Assembly (NCBI GenBank): GCA_965213685.1
Contig: CBDBZY010000064.1
Coordinates: 96,001 to 160,000 of the forward strand
From: a bacterium
Lineage (GTDB): Bacteria > UBA8248
DNA length: 64,000 nt
Reading direction: 5' to 3'
A program made the translations under genes and the position numbers. Below are positions 39,045 to 52,381 of this stretch, piece after piece (position 1 is the stretch's first letter; the number at the start of each line of letters is the position of its first letter). The notes beneath the pieces were generated by a model that was not told where the DNA came from, ran no database searches, and saw nothing but the letters and a program-made list of their open reading frames with translations.

Positions 39045-40750
39045 CTGCGATTGAGCTAATCCCTCCAGGCTGCAAGGTAATAGCCTTAGGTGACTTCAAT
39101 GCTGATTTGGGTGCCTTGGGAGGCCCCATGTCGTGTTCCACCAAATGAACAGGGATCCATCTCCTCATCATACTAAATGCCTGGGACTTTGCCTCTTCAC
39201 ATTTGCACCTCAGCCCTACTAATTCTACATACACGTATGAAAGTGAAGCACACTCCTCCTTTTCAACCATTGACCACATCATTTGTCCCCAATACATACT
39301 TTCTAACTTCTGCTCCTCAAAGGTGCTTGATGACCATCCACTAAATACCTCAAACCATCTACCAGTATAACTGCAGAGTTTCTATGCTTTCTTTTTACTC
39401 CTACTTCTTCCACAACACAGGCCACACAGCAGCCAGTTCCTAACTGGAATAAATGCTCAAAAGATGAAATTCGGCAGCTGTACACTGAACCATTACAATC
39501 TAGCCCTGCTGATCTCTTCCATCAGTTTCTTTCACAAGCAAATGTCCTCTTACAGCCATACCTGTTAGATGATATTCTCCATTCTTTTGGAAAATGTTTG
39601 TGAACTAGTGCCATGAACATTCCACAGAAACAATTCCGTAAGCATAAGGTTCCCAAGTGGAATCATCGCCTAACGGAAGCACAATGGAACAGTAAGCTCC
39701 TGTATAAGGCATGGGTATCTGCTGGTCGCCCTTGGTCTGTGAATCATCCTGCTCGTGTGGCATATAAAGCAGCAAAGAAAGAGTTTAGAGCATGCCTCCG
39801 TCAGCATAGGAGAGATCTTAACACGGAATTTTATGAATCCTTAGATGAACAATGCTCTGACCCACAATGACTATTCCAATCTATAAGGAACTACACTAAT
39901 CCTGCTAGTGCAACTTCTACCCCTTCAAAACTTATTGTTAATGGCTCTCTTTTTCAAGGGGACTCTATACTGGATGGTTGGGCTAACTACTTTGTGTCTC
40001 TCAGCATTCCACATGACACATATTTCACTCCAACTCAGCTAGATCTTGTCCATGAATATCAATCCATCTGTTCCACTTCCAGTGGGTGCTCTGATGTGTT
40101 TGTCCTGGATGAAGTGACTGATGCAATTTGCTCCCTTTTGCGTCGTAAAGCAGCTGGACCTGATGGAATAGAGAATGAACATCTCATCTTTGGTGATTCA
40201 ATGGTTCCTGTTTGCCTTACCACTATATTTAACTCTATCCTCCTTTCTGGATATATCCTACAGTGCTTCAGGTATGCCTATATAATACCAATCCTGAAAA
40301 GCCATAATAATGATCCTGCAATCCCTTCAAATTATAGAGGAATTTCTCTCCTGTCTGCAATTAGCAAAGTGTTTGAGAAGCTTCTACTCTCTCACCTTCA
40401 CCAGCTAGCCCATTCACTTAACCCACTTCAAGGAGGTTTTCATGTGGGATACAGCTGTCTGCATACGGCCTTTGTTCTGCAAGAGGCTATTGCTTCTCGA
40501 CAGAAGAGTAAGAAAGTTTACATTGCTTTTCTTGATGCTAAAAGGCCTTTGATACAGTGTGGCATATTGGCCTCATGGTGAAACTTCACCAAATAAATAT
40601 TCCCTCATATATCTGGCATCTACTCAATAACTGGTACAGCAGCTCATCAGCATCAGTGCGATGGAATAACAACAATTCAAGACCATTTCCTATCAAGCAA
40701 GGTGTGAGGCAAGGAGCTATTCTCTCCCTGTGTATGTTAACAATCTTCTA
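39045..40750 (+). mobile_element. Decayed LINE ORF2 (APE endonuclease + RT), 3'-truncated
   Basis: ALGDFNADLG, STIDHII, SNHLP, KAAGPDGI, SNYRGISLLS, AFLDAK, GVRQGAILS; stops and frameshifts. Confidence 0.9.
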
Positions 40751-41004
40751 GACTATCAATCTATCACTTCCATCTCCATTTGTTTTCTGGAATCTATCAG
40801 TATAGTGCTATATGGCTTATCATTAAGAGTTTCCAGTTTTTCATAGTATTTCTTCCTGGCCTGCCAATCCAATGGGTTGACATAACCATTACTCATGGTG
40901 CTGCCACTGACAAGGCGATACACTAGCACTAGCCGACTAGCACTCCATGCACTTTTTGCCAACCACCAGGTTTTGTGCACAGTTTTAAGCCATTGCAGTG
41001 GAAC

Positions 41005-43093
41005 TTAAGTGCAGTTAAACTAAGGCTACATTTGGTAAAATAACCTAGGGTAGTTGTAATAACTATTATCATGTGATTACAACCCTAATAAAGTTGTATT
41101 AACTATATGAATATTAAAGTAACCAAACCTGGTTAAATTACATTCATCCATGGAGATAAAATTAACTACTTCAGCACTGAAATTAACCCATTTTGCACAA
41201 CAATTCTTGAAACACACTACATCTGATCACACACATTATCTATAGTTCCAGATGGTGCTTTAGTGTTACATAGTGATATTCAGGGATGAAAGAAAGACTC
41301 CAAGAGTGAAAGACAAAAGGGTCTCTTAGTGATGTCACAGGGAGAACTGACTGAAAGACGTGACGTAGCAATTGAAACCCACCGGGGGTGGCACAAATTT
41401 CTTCACTAACACCATGTTTGGTTAGGTGTTGGGTGTCAATAGCTTTTTTCTTGTTCAAATTTAACTTGAGTTCGACTTGAATGCAAGTATTGATGACAGT
41501 CTCGCAGTTGGAGTCTACGCATCAGCGCTTGTAGCCGCAAACACTGCGCATGCGCACTAAGTTTCAGCCAGCACGTGAACAGCTGCATTCAAAGGGATCT
41601 CGTGAATGCTGCAGCTGCTTGGTGCACCTTTGGCAGATGGCCAAATTTACTCTTCCTCGTGAGAATTTGTCGCCAGAAGATGTTGCCAGTTGGCTGCAGG
41701 AGTAATGGAATACCTGAGGAATACTCTACAGCTTTTAGTGGTAAGCTTTCTGTCCCTTTTTAGCCAGCCGGCAGAGGTGCGCCTGGGTAACGGGGTAGCG
41801 GAGGCGGGTGTTCGCCCTTAAGGCAGCTCTTGCCCCCCTAGACTTGTCTTCATGACCACCCCAGGCACGCATGAGCAGAAGGGGTAAATTCACTATTAAA
41901 TTGATTGGTTGGTTTTTCATCTTTCCTTAGATATATGTCCGACATATGCTGGAGCTTTTTCTCCGCACTCAAGGGCCAGTAGTGGTAAGTGTTTTTTTTT
42001 CCGAACCATATACAGTTGCATAATTGTATGGGATACAACTAAGTGTTAGCTTCTTCATATTGTGAAAGGTATATTTACCAGTATACCTGATATACCTTAC
42101 CATGGACATTAGGTTGAGCAGGACATGGAGCTGTTCATGCAGTAGAAAGGTATTGTTCAAAACACTGCAAATACCTTGGAGAGAAACTTGGATGCCAGCT
42201 GTGTTAGAATTGGGGAGAAGTTCCTCCATTCAGACACTCCTGGAGAAGTACAAGAGTGACGAGACAGGTATATACTTATAGCTGAACATGTTGCCACCTT
42301 TTTCTGTGATGACTTCCATGGGCATCTTTCTCACCTGCTTTCTACATTTCTTACAGATAATGACAAAGACGTTCTTCATGCTGTGAAGGTTCTGGTGGCA
42401 CTTTACTTAGCTAAGGCCGAAAGAAACTTGGACACTTTGATCCATCTATATGAGAAATATGAGGTATAGGATAAAAGGAGCATGGTCTTTCATCTAGATC
42501 AAGATATTTTCTTTTACAGATGTTGACTATATACAATGGAGGAGGCAGCAACAATGGAACCACAGCGAACCTCTCCCTGTATTGCAGCCTTCAATAGGGA
42601 CAATGCCAAGCAGTATTTCCCCTTTATGTCTTCTGTTAACTTCTCAGCAACACTTATTTTGTGGTTTTATAATTATATAGTTTGGTATCTTTTGTTGTAC
42701 GTGCTGATAACCTGTTACCACAGTTTTTAAAATATAATATTATGGTAATCTAGTCTGTCCTTGGGTTGGAATAACCTATGGTGACGTTGTATGTATCACA
42801 AACATAGAAGTTGTGTTAATAACATCAAAGATTAAAGAAAGCCTGCAGCAAAGTTAAAACAACCACAATAGCATGGTTACAGTAGTGTTTACTATAACTC
42901 TGCTTTATGGTAAATGTCACTTTGCATATATAGTTAAATTAACTTTTCAGCCATATTAAACTAACAAGAAACAATGAAGTTAAGTATTAACCACAAAATA
43001 TTCAGTTAAATTAACTGTGCAGGTGGGTTGCCCCAGTTGCATGCACTTTCATACAAAATATTGGGTGAAATTAACCAAGCAGTTTTTGCAGTG
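41005..43093. mobile_element. CACTG-ended (EnSpm/CACTA-like) remnant with SAM-like coding trace
   Basis: Right end agtttttgcagtg, many gttaaattaac-like subterminal repeats at both ends, and peptide LSPEDVASWLQE / GIPEEYSTAF. Confidence 0.5.
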
Positions 43094-43645
43094 TAGTTGG
43101 TCCATACTCTCCTTGAAGGGGTCAGTACAACCAGACCTGCTAGGAAGATAAACTACAATAATAAACAGTGGGCCATCACTGTAATCCAACTTAATGCCAA
43201 TCATTCATGAGGAAAGTATGTGGGGCACAGCAGAAATGAGAGAGTCAAGGTTTCTACACCACCCTATGGCAACTCCACCATGTCCTCTTACAAGGTGGGG
43301 CATACAATAGATATTGTAGCCCGCTAGCATGGGCGTTCAAAGGTGCTGCCAGGGCAATATATCTCATACACGCTCTTTGTCACATGAACACAGGGAAATA
43401 TCGATATTTCCCTGTAGCCACGTGACAAGGGTGCACCGTGTACAGCTCGACAGCAAATACACACAAAGGTAACGGTCGGGGTACAGGACAGTTATACCAT
43501 GATAGTCAAGGCTGTTAGCGGGCTAAAAGCTTGACATACCACGGTAGCTCACATACAGTTGGACGGCTACCAGAGGTAGAATTGAGCTACACAGGATAGC
43601 TATACCGTGGTAGCCTAAGCTGCTACCAGGCTATACAAGCCAGCT

Positions 43646-43773
43646 AGAGCATGCCTATGGGCGGGCTTTATCAGAAAACACTCGGTAATATTCATTAACC
43701 CCTCAGGCTTTGCCCTCGAGGTTAATGAATATTACCTCGTGTATTTCTGATAAAGCCCTGGTAGGCATGCTCT
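43646..43773. repeat. ~128-bp palindrome (MITE-like)
   Basis: tagagcatgcc..gggctttatcagaaa..ggtaatattcattaacc / ggttaatgaatattacc..tttctgataaagccc..ggcatgctcta. Confidence 0.75.
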
Positions 43774-44202
43774 ATCCATAACTTATCTTCAATTTCAGGA
43801 GAAGCCATTGCCCCAAATTTCAAATTCATATCCAGATCAAATATTGACTTTAGATTATAATTATGCAGCCAGTGTTCAGATAAAGCAATTATGTCAATGT
43901 CTGGACTCCAACGAGGAGGGTGGTGTTGTTCAGACACATGCTAACTATGTAGTTGAAATCATTTTTTCATCATAAGCACTGTAAACCACTCCTCACTGTC
44001 ATCCATAGCTGTTGCAATGAATATAGATATTAACGGTGAAAATTATTGATTACAACACATATAATACAACTATGTCACAGTGGCATAGCCAGGGGGGGGG
44101 CTTAGGGGGCTCGAACACCCCCCTTACTGACTTCAGTCAGACCTAGAGTAGCGGGGAAAGCCTGGCTGTGCTAGACTATTCCTGCTTTTGATGAACTTAT
44201 TA

Positions 44203-46731
44203 TACTGTTAAAAATGAGGAGTGCTGGTAACTCTGGGGAGTAGAAAAATTACTCCTTCACAAGGAGTTATAGCAACACTAAGAGTTTTGTTAACACCTTG
44301 AGGAGTAGTGCAAAGTTCTTAAAGGTGTAAATTCTGAGTATATATGGAGTTATAACTACACTAAGAGTTTTGCTAACATCTTGAGTAGTTGTACAGAGTA
44401 GTGCAAACTCCTTAAAGGTGTAAATTCTTAGTAGTAGTGTCCTCTAAGTCATATGCTCACTAATATTCCATAAATTATGCCATTCTTATGGTGGAAGAAT
44501 GTCTGAAAACTGGTGATTAAGTCATAAGCAAAAGGGGATATGTCAGAACCAGATAGCTGGAAGGCAGCCGGGATACTAGGCTAAGCCAGTGCTAATGTGA
44601 GCAGAATTTCTTATGTTAATTAGTGTAGACAAGTAACTTTGTCTATACTGTCTGTGTTGAATAAAGTGATGGGAGAATACTCCTACGAATCATTGACCTG
44701 CTACAAATACACGGCCAGGGAGACTGCAGCCGGTTTACGGCCCGCGGGAGTGCCCGTATTGAGCTGAGATTACTAGGATGATGAACAAAACACCAGATGG
44801 GGCGTGTACACTTGTCGAATGGCGCAGAACGCCCTTGAGCATCTTCATTGCAAACCAAGTGCACAAGGGACACATCAAAGCCACAGTCGCTGCGTACACT
44901 TCCTAATTGATGCCTCCTCGACACGTCACGTGCATTCAAATTTTGGCGCGTGTATGTTAAATGGCAGTTCTTCGGACAGAAGGTTTTTGAAGATAGACAA
45001 CCCTGAAGTAGTAATATGGCCTACCTAACTGAGTTGGTTGTTTCTTTTCGAACCACCGTAAACGTAGTCGCCACTCTTTAAAGGCACAACTCGGAGTGGG
45101 GCGAGCTTGTGGACCTGGAACCTGACGTGTAAACACAGCAGTATTGGCCACTCCATCAGCAAGCTTACTTGGCGCATTGTGTTCAGACAAGGTGAGGTCG
45201 TATTTCACAGATTCTCCTAGCATTTGTAGGTAACAGTAAGTGCGCAATCATGTAACTGTCACCATAGGTATAGCTATCACGTTGATTTGTGGTCATGTGA
45301 CTGTTAGTCTGCTTTGCAACTGTGTGACCGTCAGTCTGATACATTGGGCTTTGTGGTCATATGACTGTCAGTCTGATGCATTGGGCTTTGTCAGTCTGAT
45401 GCGTTGGGCTTTGTGGTCATGTGACTGTCAGTCTGATGCGTTTGGCTTTGTGGTCGTGTGACCGTCAGTCTGATGCGTTGGGCTTTGTGGTCATATGACT
45501 GTCAGTCTGATGCATTGGGCTTTGTGGTTTTGTGGTCGCCCATCAATTTGAGACCCAGCCTCTCTTTACTCAATTCACCCCCAGCCTCTAAATGAGGCTG
45601 TCTTCTATTCAGAGCAGGCCTCTACTCGAGGAAATATAGTAAACATTTTGATGAGTGTATGTCCATATTACCCTCACGAATGTACATGTACCTTACATTT
45701 ACATGCAGGATTGCTTGATGAGTTTGTGGCTGCTAACAAAGACAGGAGCCACACATAGTGGCTGTATATAGAGACAGGAGTTTTATATCTACATTGAACC
45801 TGAGTGTCTCCTGTCTGTTGGTTCACTTGCCAATGCTCTTGAGCACCTGCTCTATCCAAGGTCACAGAAGACTAAGATGAGCATCCTCTACTACGTACTA
45901 CAGCAAGGTACTTGTTTCCTCTTCACACATTCCAGTCATTTTACAACTGCCCTTGTATGTACCTGCATGGTTATTAATTCTATAATTATGTAGATGTGTA
46001 AAATATGTGTGGATGAACCTATAGTTACATGTGCATACACTTTAGAAATTGTACTGCATGAACATGCGCACTTATGTCTCTATCATGCTACATGCAGGGA
46101 TGTGTTGACATCGATGAGTTTGTTGCAGCCAACAATGTACAACAACCACATATTGTGGCAACAGAGAGTGATGAAAACGTGGAATATCACATCTATATTG
46201 AGTCTGAGTGTCTTGTAACAGTAAATTTTGTTGCAGATGTTCTTGCTGACCTCGTATGTGCTTATTTTGTTTCTAATATAGCCTATCCTAATAGTTTGTA
46301 CCCTATCCTTATTTTCTTGCAGTGCTTTGTACTTGGTGTAAACCGTCACACCATGTCATCTCTCTGTTCTTCATAAAACGAAATTTGTTGATGTATTCTA
46401 CAATGTTTTATTTTTGGCACCAACAAAAGCAAGTTTATAGTGAAACTACTAGCTAGGCCAATGTTTGTCATAACTCCATGGAGGAGTAATAGACTAGTTG
46501 CTATGACTCTTCAGAGGAGTTGCTATGATGTAACACGCTAGTTGACATCAGTCCATGGAGGAGTAATAGACTATATAGTTCCTATGACTCTTCAGAGGAG
46601 TTGCCGTGATTCTATAGAGTAGTTGTCATGACTCCATAGAGGAGTAAAAAATAACTCCCTTAGGAGTTTAATTTGTCCACTCGTGGGAACTCCTCTAAAG
46701 GAGTATACACAACTCTACATTTTTAACTGTG
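44203..46731. mobile_element. CACTG/CACAG-ended (EnSpm/CACTA-like) non-autonomous element
   Basis: Inverted ends tactgttaaaaatg / catttttaactgtg, dense ggagt/actcc subterminal repeats, and coding remnant ...CAYFVSNIAYPNSLYPILIFLQCFVLG (46074-46376). Confidence 0.65.
45290..45530. repeat. 37-bp minisatellite
   Basis: About 6 copies of gtcagtctgatgcgttgggctttgtggtcatgtgact. Confidence 0.9.
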
Positions 46732-48410
46732 ATATATATATATGCTAGAGCATTAGTTACTTAGCTTGCAAGAATTGTTAGCGTCAGTTACAGTTACTAT
46801 AGTGCAAAGTTCAACATAATATACAAGCTGCCCTGTAGTCAGGCTGTATATTTCTCCAGGTGAAGGTAAATTTGCTGATATTGATGGATGAAACTCTAAC
46901 ACCCTGCATAGAGCAAGGGGGAGCTGAATTCAAAAACGTGCGTGACAAGTCCACTGACTGAGGATTGAGCACACCATGCAGCGTCAGCCGTTGGACGGGA
47001 ACAACACTATATCAGAAAACTCTAGTCATGATGTCTATTTCTCTCTCACGATGTTTCTGTCTTTAAGAGAGGAGGTTACCGCCGTACAGCCAGTCAGAAA
47101 AGGTGCGACACGTCCCCAAACAACAGCACGGTTGTTATTAAAACCCAGGACGGGACGGGATGAATCCGGGATATCCCGGCGTCTCGTCCCGCCTACTCAA
47201 AATCCGGGACCAATAAACCGAGATCGATATCCGCCGCGCGCTTTTACGAATCCGGGAAAAGTGTTATACTATAATAGTCGATCAATGGCGAAAGATGATT
47301 TTCGTAAAGCAATCTCTCCGCAATCACAGGGGTAAGCTTACTTTTCATACCGACTCCCAGACAATGGCAACGCCATGATCGAATGTGGCACTTGTATGGA
47401 ATGGTTTCATGCATCTTGTGTAGGTCTTCGCAAGAGGTACACTGTAGTTTTGTCGTTTTTGTGAAAGTAATATTTATATAGTCTTGTCATGAACTGTGAA
47501 ATTTGCAAGGATAGGCCTATATAAGGTGTAAAGGTATGATGCGATGAAGCACCTGTAGTAGCTACGTGTCCTGCCGAAGCACGCGCCCCGGTACGCGTGA
47601 AAAGCTTAGCATAATACCGTACGTCCCGGGTTTTAGTAGCACAATATGCTCAAACTTCCGGTTCACCAAAATGGCTGCGTAATCAGGATCTGAGTGCGTT
47701 GTGAATTTATCGCTGGGTCTAGGCTCGGTGCCCGAACAGAAGTTATTCTTTCCTTTCTTTCCTTCTTCACCTGTGTCAGCAGAGTAATTCGTACCATACC
47801 ATCTCCAGGTGAAGTAAGACTTCCAAATGTTATCTGGACAGTAAATCCCCCCATCTCAGCTCCTCCCCTGATAGGGAGGCGTTCCGGTTGTCCCCTAAAG
47901 TGGTTCTGACGGCACAAGATTTGGGGGGTCTGCCAGTGTGATGCTGGCAGATTCGCCAATGACCACTAGTAGTACTTAGGAAAGAATAGGGAGATAAACT
48001 TTTGTCCTGGGTAATGGCCTGGTGCTCAGTGTACTGGACTCTCAGTCTCTGGGTCCAGGTTTGGTGCTCGGACAGAAGTTTATCTTTCCTTCATCAGCTG
48101 TGTCAGCAGAGTAATTCTTAGACTATGGCTATTCAGCCATGTATCATTCTCTCAATCCCTGGCACTGAACAGATGTAAAGAAAATTTGTGTAAAATTCTT
48201 ACAAATTATGCATATGAGTCATAGAGTAGATGACAATTCTTTGGTCCAGTTACGACCTCCCATTATGGGTCATTTACCCATCACATATCAAGCTCCTGCC
48301 ATAGCACACACTCTAGTTACTCTGGAGACATCCTACACCTTGTGCACATGCATCCCATCTCAAGAGTATATTGCAGAGTGGGAGTGACATGGCATCATTC
48401 AGCTGCAACT

Positions 48411-48441
<31 letters not shown>

Positions 48442-48592
48442 CCATACCAAGGTTAAAACTAACCATCCCTCCTATCATGTTAAGGGAGAGTTCTACGTAT
48501 GATATGCATATGCAGCAGGCGGTATGTTCAACACTGGACATTTGAATAATAAGTACCTCACATCAAAGTATACATAAAGGTACAATAATTAT

Positions 48593-50278
48593 CTAAAACC
48601 TTCTATGACAGTTACATTTACTATCAACCACTTTTGATGGCCTTCTATCATGTATGTATATGCAACCTATGTCTGTAGCACTTTTGTTTACCGACTGAAG
48701 AAAGTCTTTTAGCTCTTGTTTCAACACTGGTACAAGGTCAGTGTGCTGGTGAGATATATCAGTTGTTTCTTTAGGATCGGCTACCACATCGTAAAGATTG
48801 ACACTCTGTATGTTTCCTTTATTGTACTCAACAACAAGTTTTTGTGAGTCTCGTAATACTGCACCATAGAAAGATGAGTTTAAATCTCCCTTTTTAAGGT
48901 GAAAGGCAAATGCAATTGAGCTATTGCGATGATTGACATCTCTTTTGAGAAATGGCAGGATAGAAACACCATCTATTGGTCGATCTTGAGGAGTATCAAT
49001 GCCAAGGATATCACACACAGTCGGTAGCAGGTCATTTGTCACCACAGGATAATTGGACTTTCGATTGGCTTTAATCACTGCTGGCCATTCTAATATTGCA
49101 GGGACTCGAATACCACCTTCAAACACTGTCCCTTTCTCTCCTCTCAAACCAGCTGTAGAGCCTGGAGTGCCTTTCTGTGGGCCATTGTCACTTGAGAACC
49201 ACACAAATGTGTTGTTCTTAATGCCATATGTTTCCAGTAAACCTCTGACTCTCCCTATTGCTTGGTCCAGTTGCGATATAGCTCCATAGTAATGGGTAAC
49301 ATCTCTTGAGTAACCTTGTTTTCTGTACATAGTGTAGTAGGGATCAAGAGCATAGTACCGGTAATGCACGTCATGAAATGCAAGTATAACAAAAAAGGGC
49401 TTTTCACTAGAATGCGATTCTTGAAGATATTTCTCAAACATGTCCACAATAAAATCTGAATCTCCAATTATGGAGTCGTGGTAGGCTTGCAATTTTTCTG
49501 ACTCCTTATCCATGTAGTGATAGGCTTTGCAGGCGTCTTGTCCATAGAATCTCTTCTCAACAGTGCAACTGAAGTGTTCAGAGCATCGGCAGTTTGGTGC
49601 CACTGAGGATGTGTCTCTTTCAGTTACTAACCACTGGTCAAAACCATGCATGCCAGGATGGGACACAGGCCACTTCTTGTTACCCCCTTCAATAACTTTC
49701 AAATCACCAACATGCCATTTCCCAAATATGGCAGTTTTGTAGCCTTCGTTCTTCAGAAGTTCAGGCAGTGTTACTTCAGAGGTAGGTAGGGGCATAGAAC
49801 AGGGGCATTCGCCATCATTACATGGATTACCCAGATCTGCGTGCCAGATACAGTATCGATTGTGGTTACGTCCTGTCAACAGAGTGCCTCTGGTTGGTGA
49901 GCAAACAGGACCTCCCGAATAAAACCTCGTTAGGAGGACACTGTTTGGTCCTCGGGCCATTTGGTTGAGATTTGGTGTCTTAGCCTTTCCTCCATTATAC
50001 TCCACGTCACCATAGCCCAGGTCATCAGCTAATAAGTACAGAATATTTGGACGTTGCAATGGATTCTTGTGTCTGTTAAGTTGTGAATATTTGTCCTCTA
50101 TAGGAAATCTAAATTGTTTCTTCACATTTGTGTTTGAAATCTTGTCTTTCTTGCTGTCTACTCTTTTCATTAAAGTAATGCCATTGACATCTCCTAGTGC
50201 GCTGTACAACACAGATACTAAGATACTCACCACCACTGCCGTTACTACTATTGCCACTCTGAAATCTCCCACTTTCAT
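48593..50278 (-). CDS. Intact intronless arylsulfatase (formylglycine-dependent S1 family), N-terminal membrane anchor, 561 aa
   Basis: PNILYLLADDLGYGD, CSPTRGTLLTG, FGKWHVG, SSDNG, KGTVFEGGIRVP and LYDVVADPKET motifs; hydrophobic segment VAIVVTAVVVSILVSVL after MKVGDFR. ATG 50278 is conserved in copies 2-4. Confidence 0.95.
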   Translation of the reverse strand: MKVGDFRVAIVVTAVVVSILVSVLYSALGDVNGITLMKRVDSKKDKISNTNVKKQFRFPIEDKYSQLNRHKNPLQRPNILYLLADDLGYGDVEYNGGKAKTPNLNQMARGPNSVLLTRFYSGGPVCSPTRGTLLTGRNHNRYCIWHADLGNPCNDGECPCSMPLPTSEVTLPELLKNEGYKTAIFGKWHVGDLKVIEGGNKKWPVSHPGMHGFDQWLVTERDTSSVAPNCRCSEHFSCTVEKRFYGQDACKAYHYMDKESEKLQAYHDSIIGDSDFIVDMFEKYLQESHSSEKPFFVILAFHDVHYRYYALDPYYTMYRKQGYSRDVTHYYGAISQLDQAIGRVRGLLETYGIKNNTFVWFSSDNGPQKGTPGSTAGLRGEKGTVFEGGIRVPAILEWPAVIKANRKSNYPVVTNDLLPTVCDILGIDTPQDRPIDGVSILPFLKRDVNHRNSSIAFAFHLKKGDLNSSFYGAVLRDSQKLVVEYNKGNIQSVNLYDVVADPKETTDISHQHTDLVPVLKQELKDFLQSVNKSATDIGCIYIHDRRPSKVVDSKCNCHRRF

Positions 50279-51727
50279 AGTTTGGTGAGGACACACACCT
50301 GCAGCTGTAGTACAGAAGGAAGGAACAATGGTAGAAAGTGATCTCTCTACATAAGCGGGGTATACATATACACAAACACAGCCTTGCTGTGGGCCGTGTA
50401 TAAGCACAAAGACATACACGCCCACTGTAAAAATTCCATGGTTATTTTAACCATGGTTTTCTCAGTTGCACATTTGTTCAACACTGGACAGTGTGCAAAT
50501 ATGCAGGAAATTCATCTTAAGAAGTGTGGGAGGATTGAGTTGATAAATGACAGTCTTTAGTTCATTAAGCATGACATACAATGTACATGTAACAGTAAGC
50601 ACCCATTATGGACTGTCCGTGCATCACAGGTTCCAGTCACAAATCTGGCCACATGTTGCCCAAATGCATGCAGTCTCATAGTGCATGGAGAAATATAGAA
50701 ACTGAGTGTGGGAAGCTGCAGTTGAGATGGCCATATAAGGTTAAAATCATCATGTTTTTTTGCCGTGAACGCACAATCAAGCGTCAGAGTGACGCACCAT
50801 GCCACCTACGCATTCCGTGTAGGGATCTGAGAAATTTTTTCACTCACTCGGAGGCTACAGAGCGGCGCGGCGCTTAACCTAGATAGCTAAGCGAACGACA
50901 ACGCTAGCAGTTTGCCGCAAAAGCGGGGTAGACTTGACTATGCCGGGATAACTAACCGCTCTGGGGCGCCTTCTTTTAGAACGCGGAGGCTCGATCGACA
51001 GCAAACACTGACGGAGCTCCTTCTTCCGCAAGCGCCGCTTCTTCGTCGGAGGTTCACTTCCAGCCTCTTATTGTACGGTAGTGGAGTGCTGCTATCCTTC
51101 TCTTGCGCTGTTTGCACTGCCCGCACGCTAGGTAACAAACCGCACGACGCGTAATGTACGTCACTAAAACGGAAGTACGTAACTAATGAGGATTTGGATG
51201 GAACCGGAGTTACACGCTCCTTCGCGGCTTCGCCGCTAATAAGCTCCTGGTGAGACTAGAAGACTTTGATAATACTTACAGCGAGTCAAATTAGCCTTGT
51301 GGCCTGCTGTCGAGTGTGTCCAATTTTGGGTGTATACAGTACTTCATTAAGTCTGTACACACATACACACAACTAATAGCACGAAAGCAACAAGATGCTT
51401 TGAACTTTTTAAAAAGCCTTATACACAGTGCGTTGAATATTAAATGGTCGCTACAAATGCGAGTACTCTCGGTTTAGTCTTGCATATCATTTCATTTTTG
51501 CATGGACTCTATTTTCCTTACATTTTCACTACATTTCATCTCTGTAGTTATTCTGATGCCATATTTTTTGGGTTGAAGTTGTCACCACACTAGTAGTGGT
51601 ATGTTGCTCAACCTCTTTTTAATTGAGTTGTGAGAAATCATATTATATGCTTGACAAAATACCACAGTTTTCGGATAAGCAGTATGTTGTGCTGCAAGTT
51701 GTGTGCTGATCATTGAACTAAATTCTA

Positions 51728-52365
51728 GAAACATGTTTGAAAGATGTAGGGATGGCAGTGTGCAGGCAAGACATGATATACAAAGACTACACAAGTAACC
51801 CCATCCGTATACATCATTTTTTTATACCTGATATGTTTTGCTGGCTATGCATGCCATTAGATATTGAGAACAGCAGTTTGAAGCAAAAAATGTAGGGATG
51901 GGGTTACTTGTGTAGTCTTTGTATAACATTTCTTGCCTGCACATCCCTACACCTAGTTTCTGTGGTTTTTGGCACAGCCTCCCTACATCCTTCAACATTA
52001 AAAACATGTTTTTAATACTTCTTTGTATCCTTTTTTCCTGTACAACAGTTCACTAAAAAGTATTCTGTTCTTGCAAGCTTCTTTCAGAATCCCTCAAACA
52101 AATCATAACAGCCACTGCTACCCATCAGGAACAGAGTAGAAAGGGGCTTAACCGGAAGGAGCTTGAACACCATCACGCCATTTTGAAGTTGGGGGGCTGA
52201 GCCCCTCCAAAAAGTCCTGAGCTAGAGTGACTACTTCACTGTATCTAACTGACTAACTCATACCCGCTACATTAACGTTTTTGTGCAATAGAAAGACGCT
52301 GCTCAAACCTCTCTCAAATCAGTGACAACACCAGCCTAAAATTAATAGGCGTGGCTTCACAAGGC
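51728..52365 (-). mobile_element. Diverged 3' half of a non-autonomous Helitron family A copy
   Basis: Collinear with 6690-7385, including the inverted gtagggatg arms and the ggctgagcccctc..aaaagtcctgagctagag block. Confidence 0.75.
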
Positions 52366-52381
52366 CGTTCTTTAATACGCT

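Noticed and set aside
45290-45530. CRISPR-like periodic repeat
   Set aside because: Head-to-tail minisatellite with no unique spacers, no cas genes, and a eukaryotic context.
48593-50278. Symbiont contamination as the source of the sulfatases
   Set aside because: The copies are embedded among eukaryotic TEs, one is interrupted by a LINE, and there is no operon context.
50279-50425. N-terminal extensions of the sulfatase ORFs in the track (also 37452-37625)
   Set aside because: The upstream starts differ between copies and the region contains a splice-acceptor-like tract; the conserved ATG is at MKVGDF.
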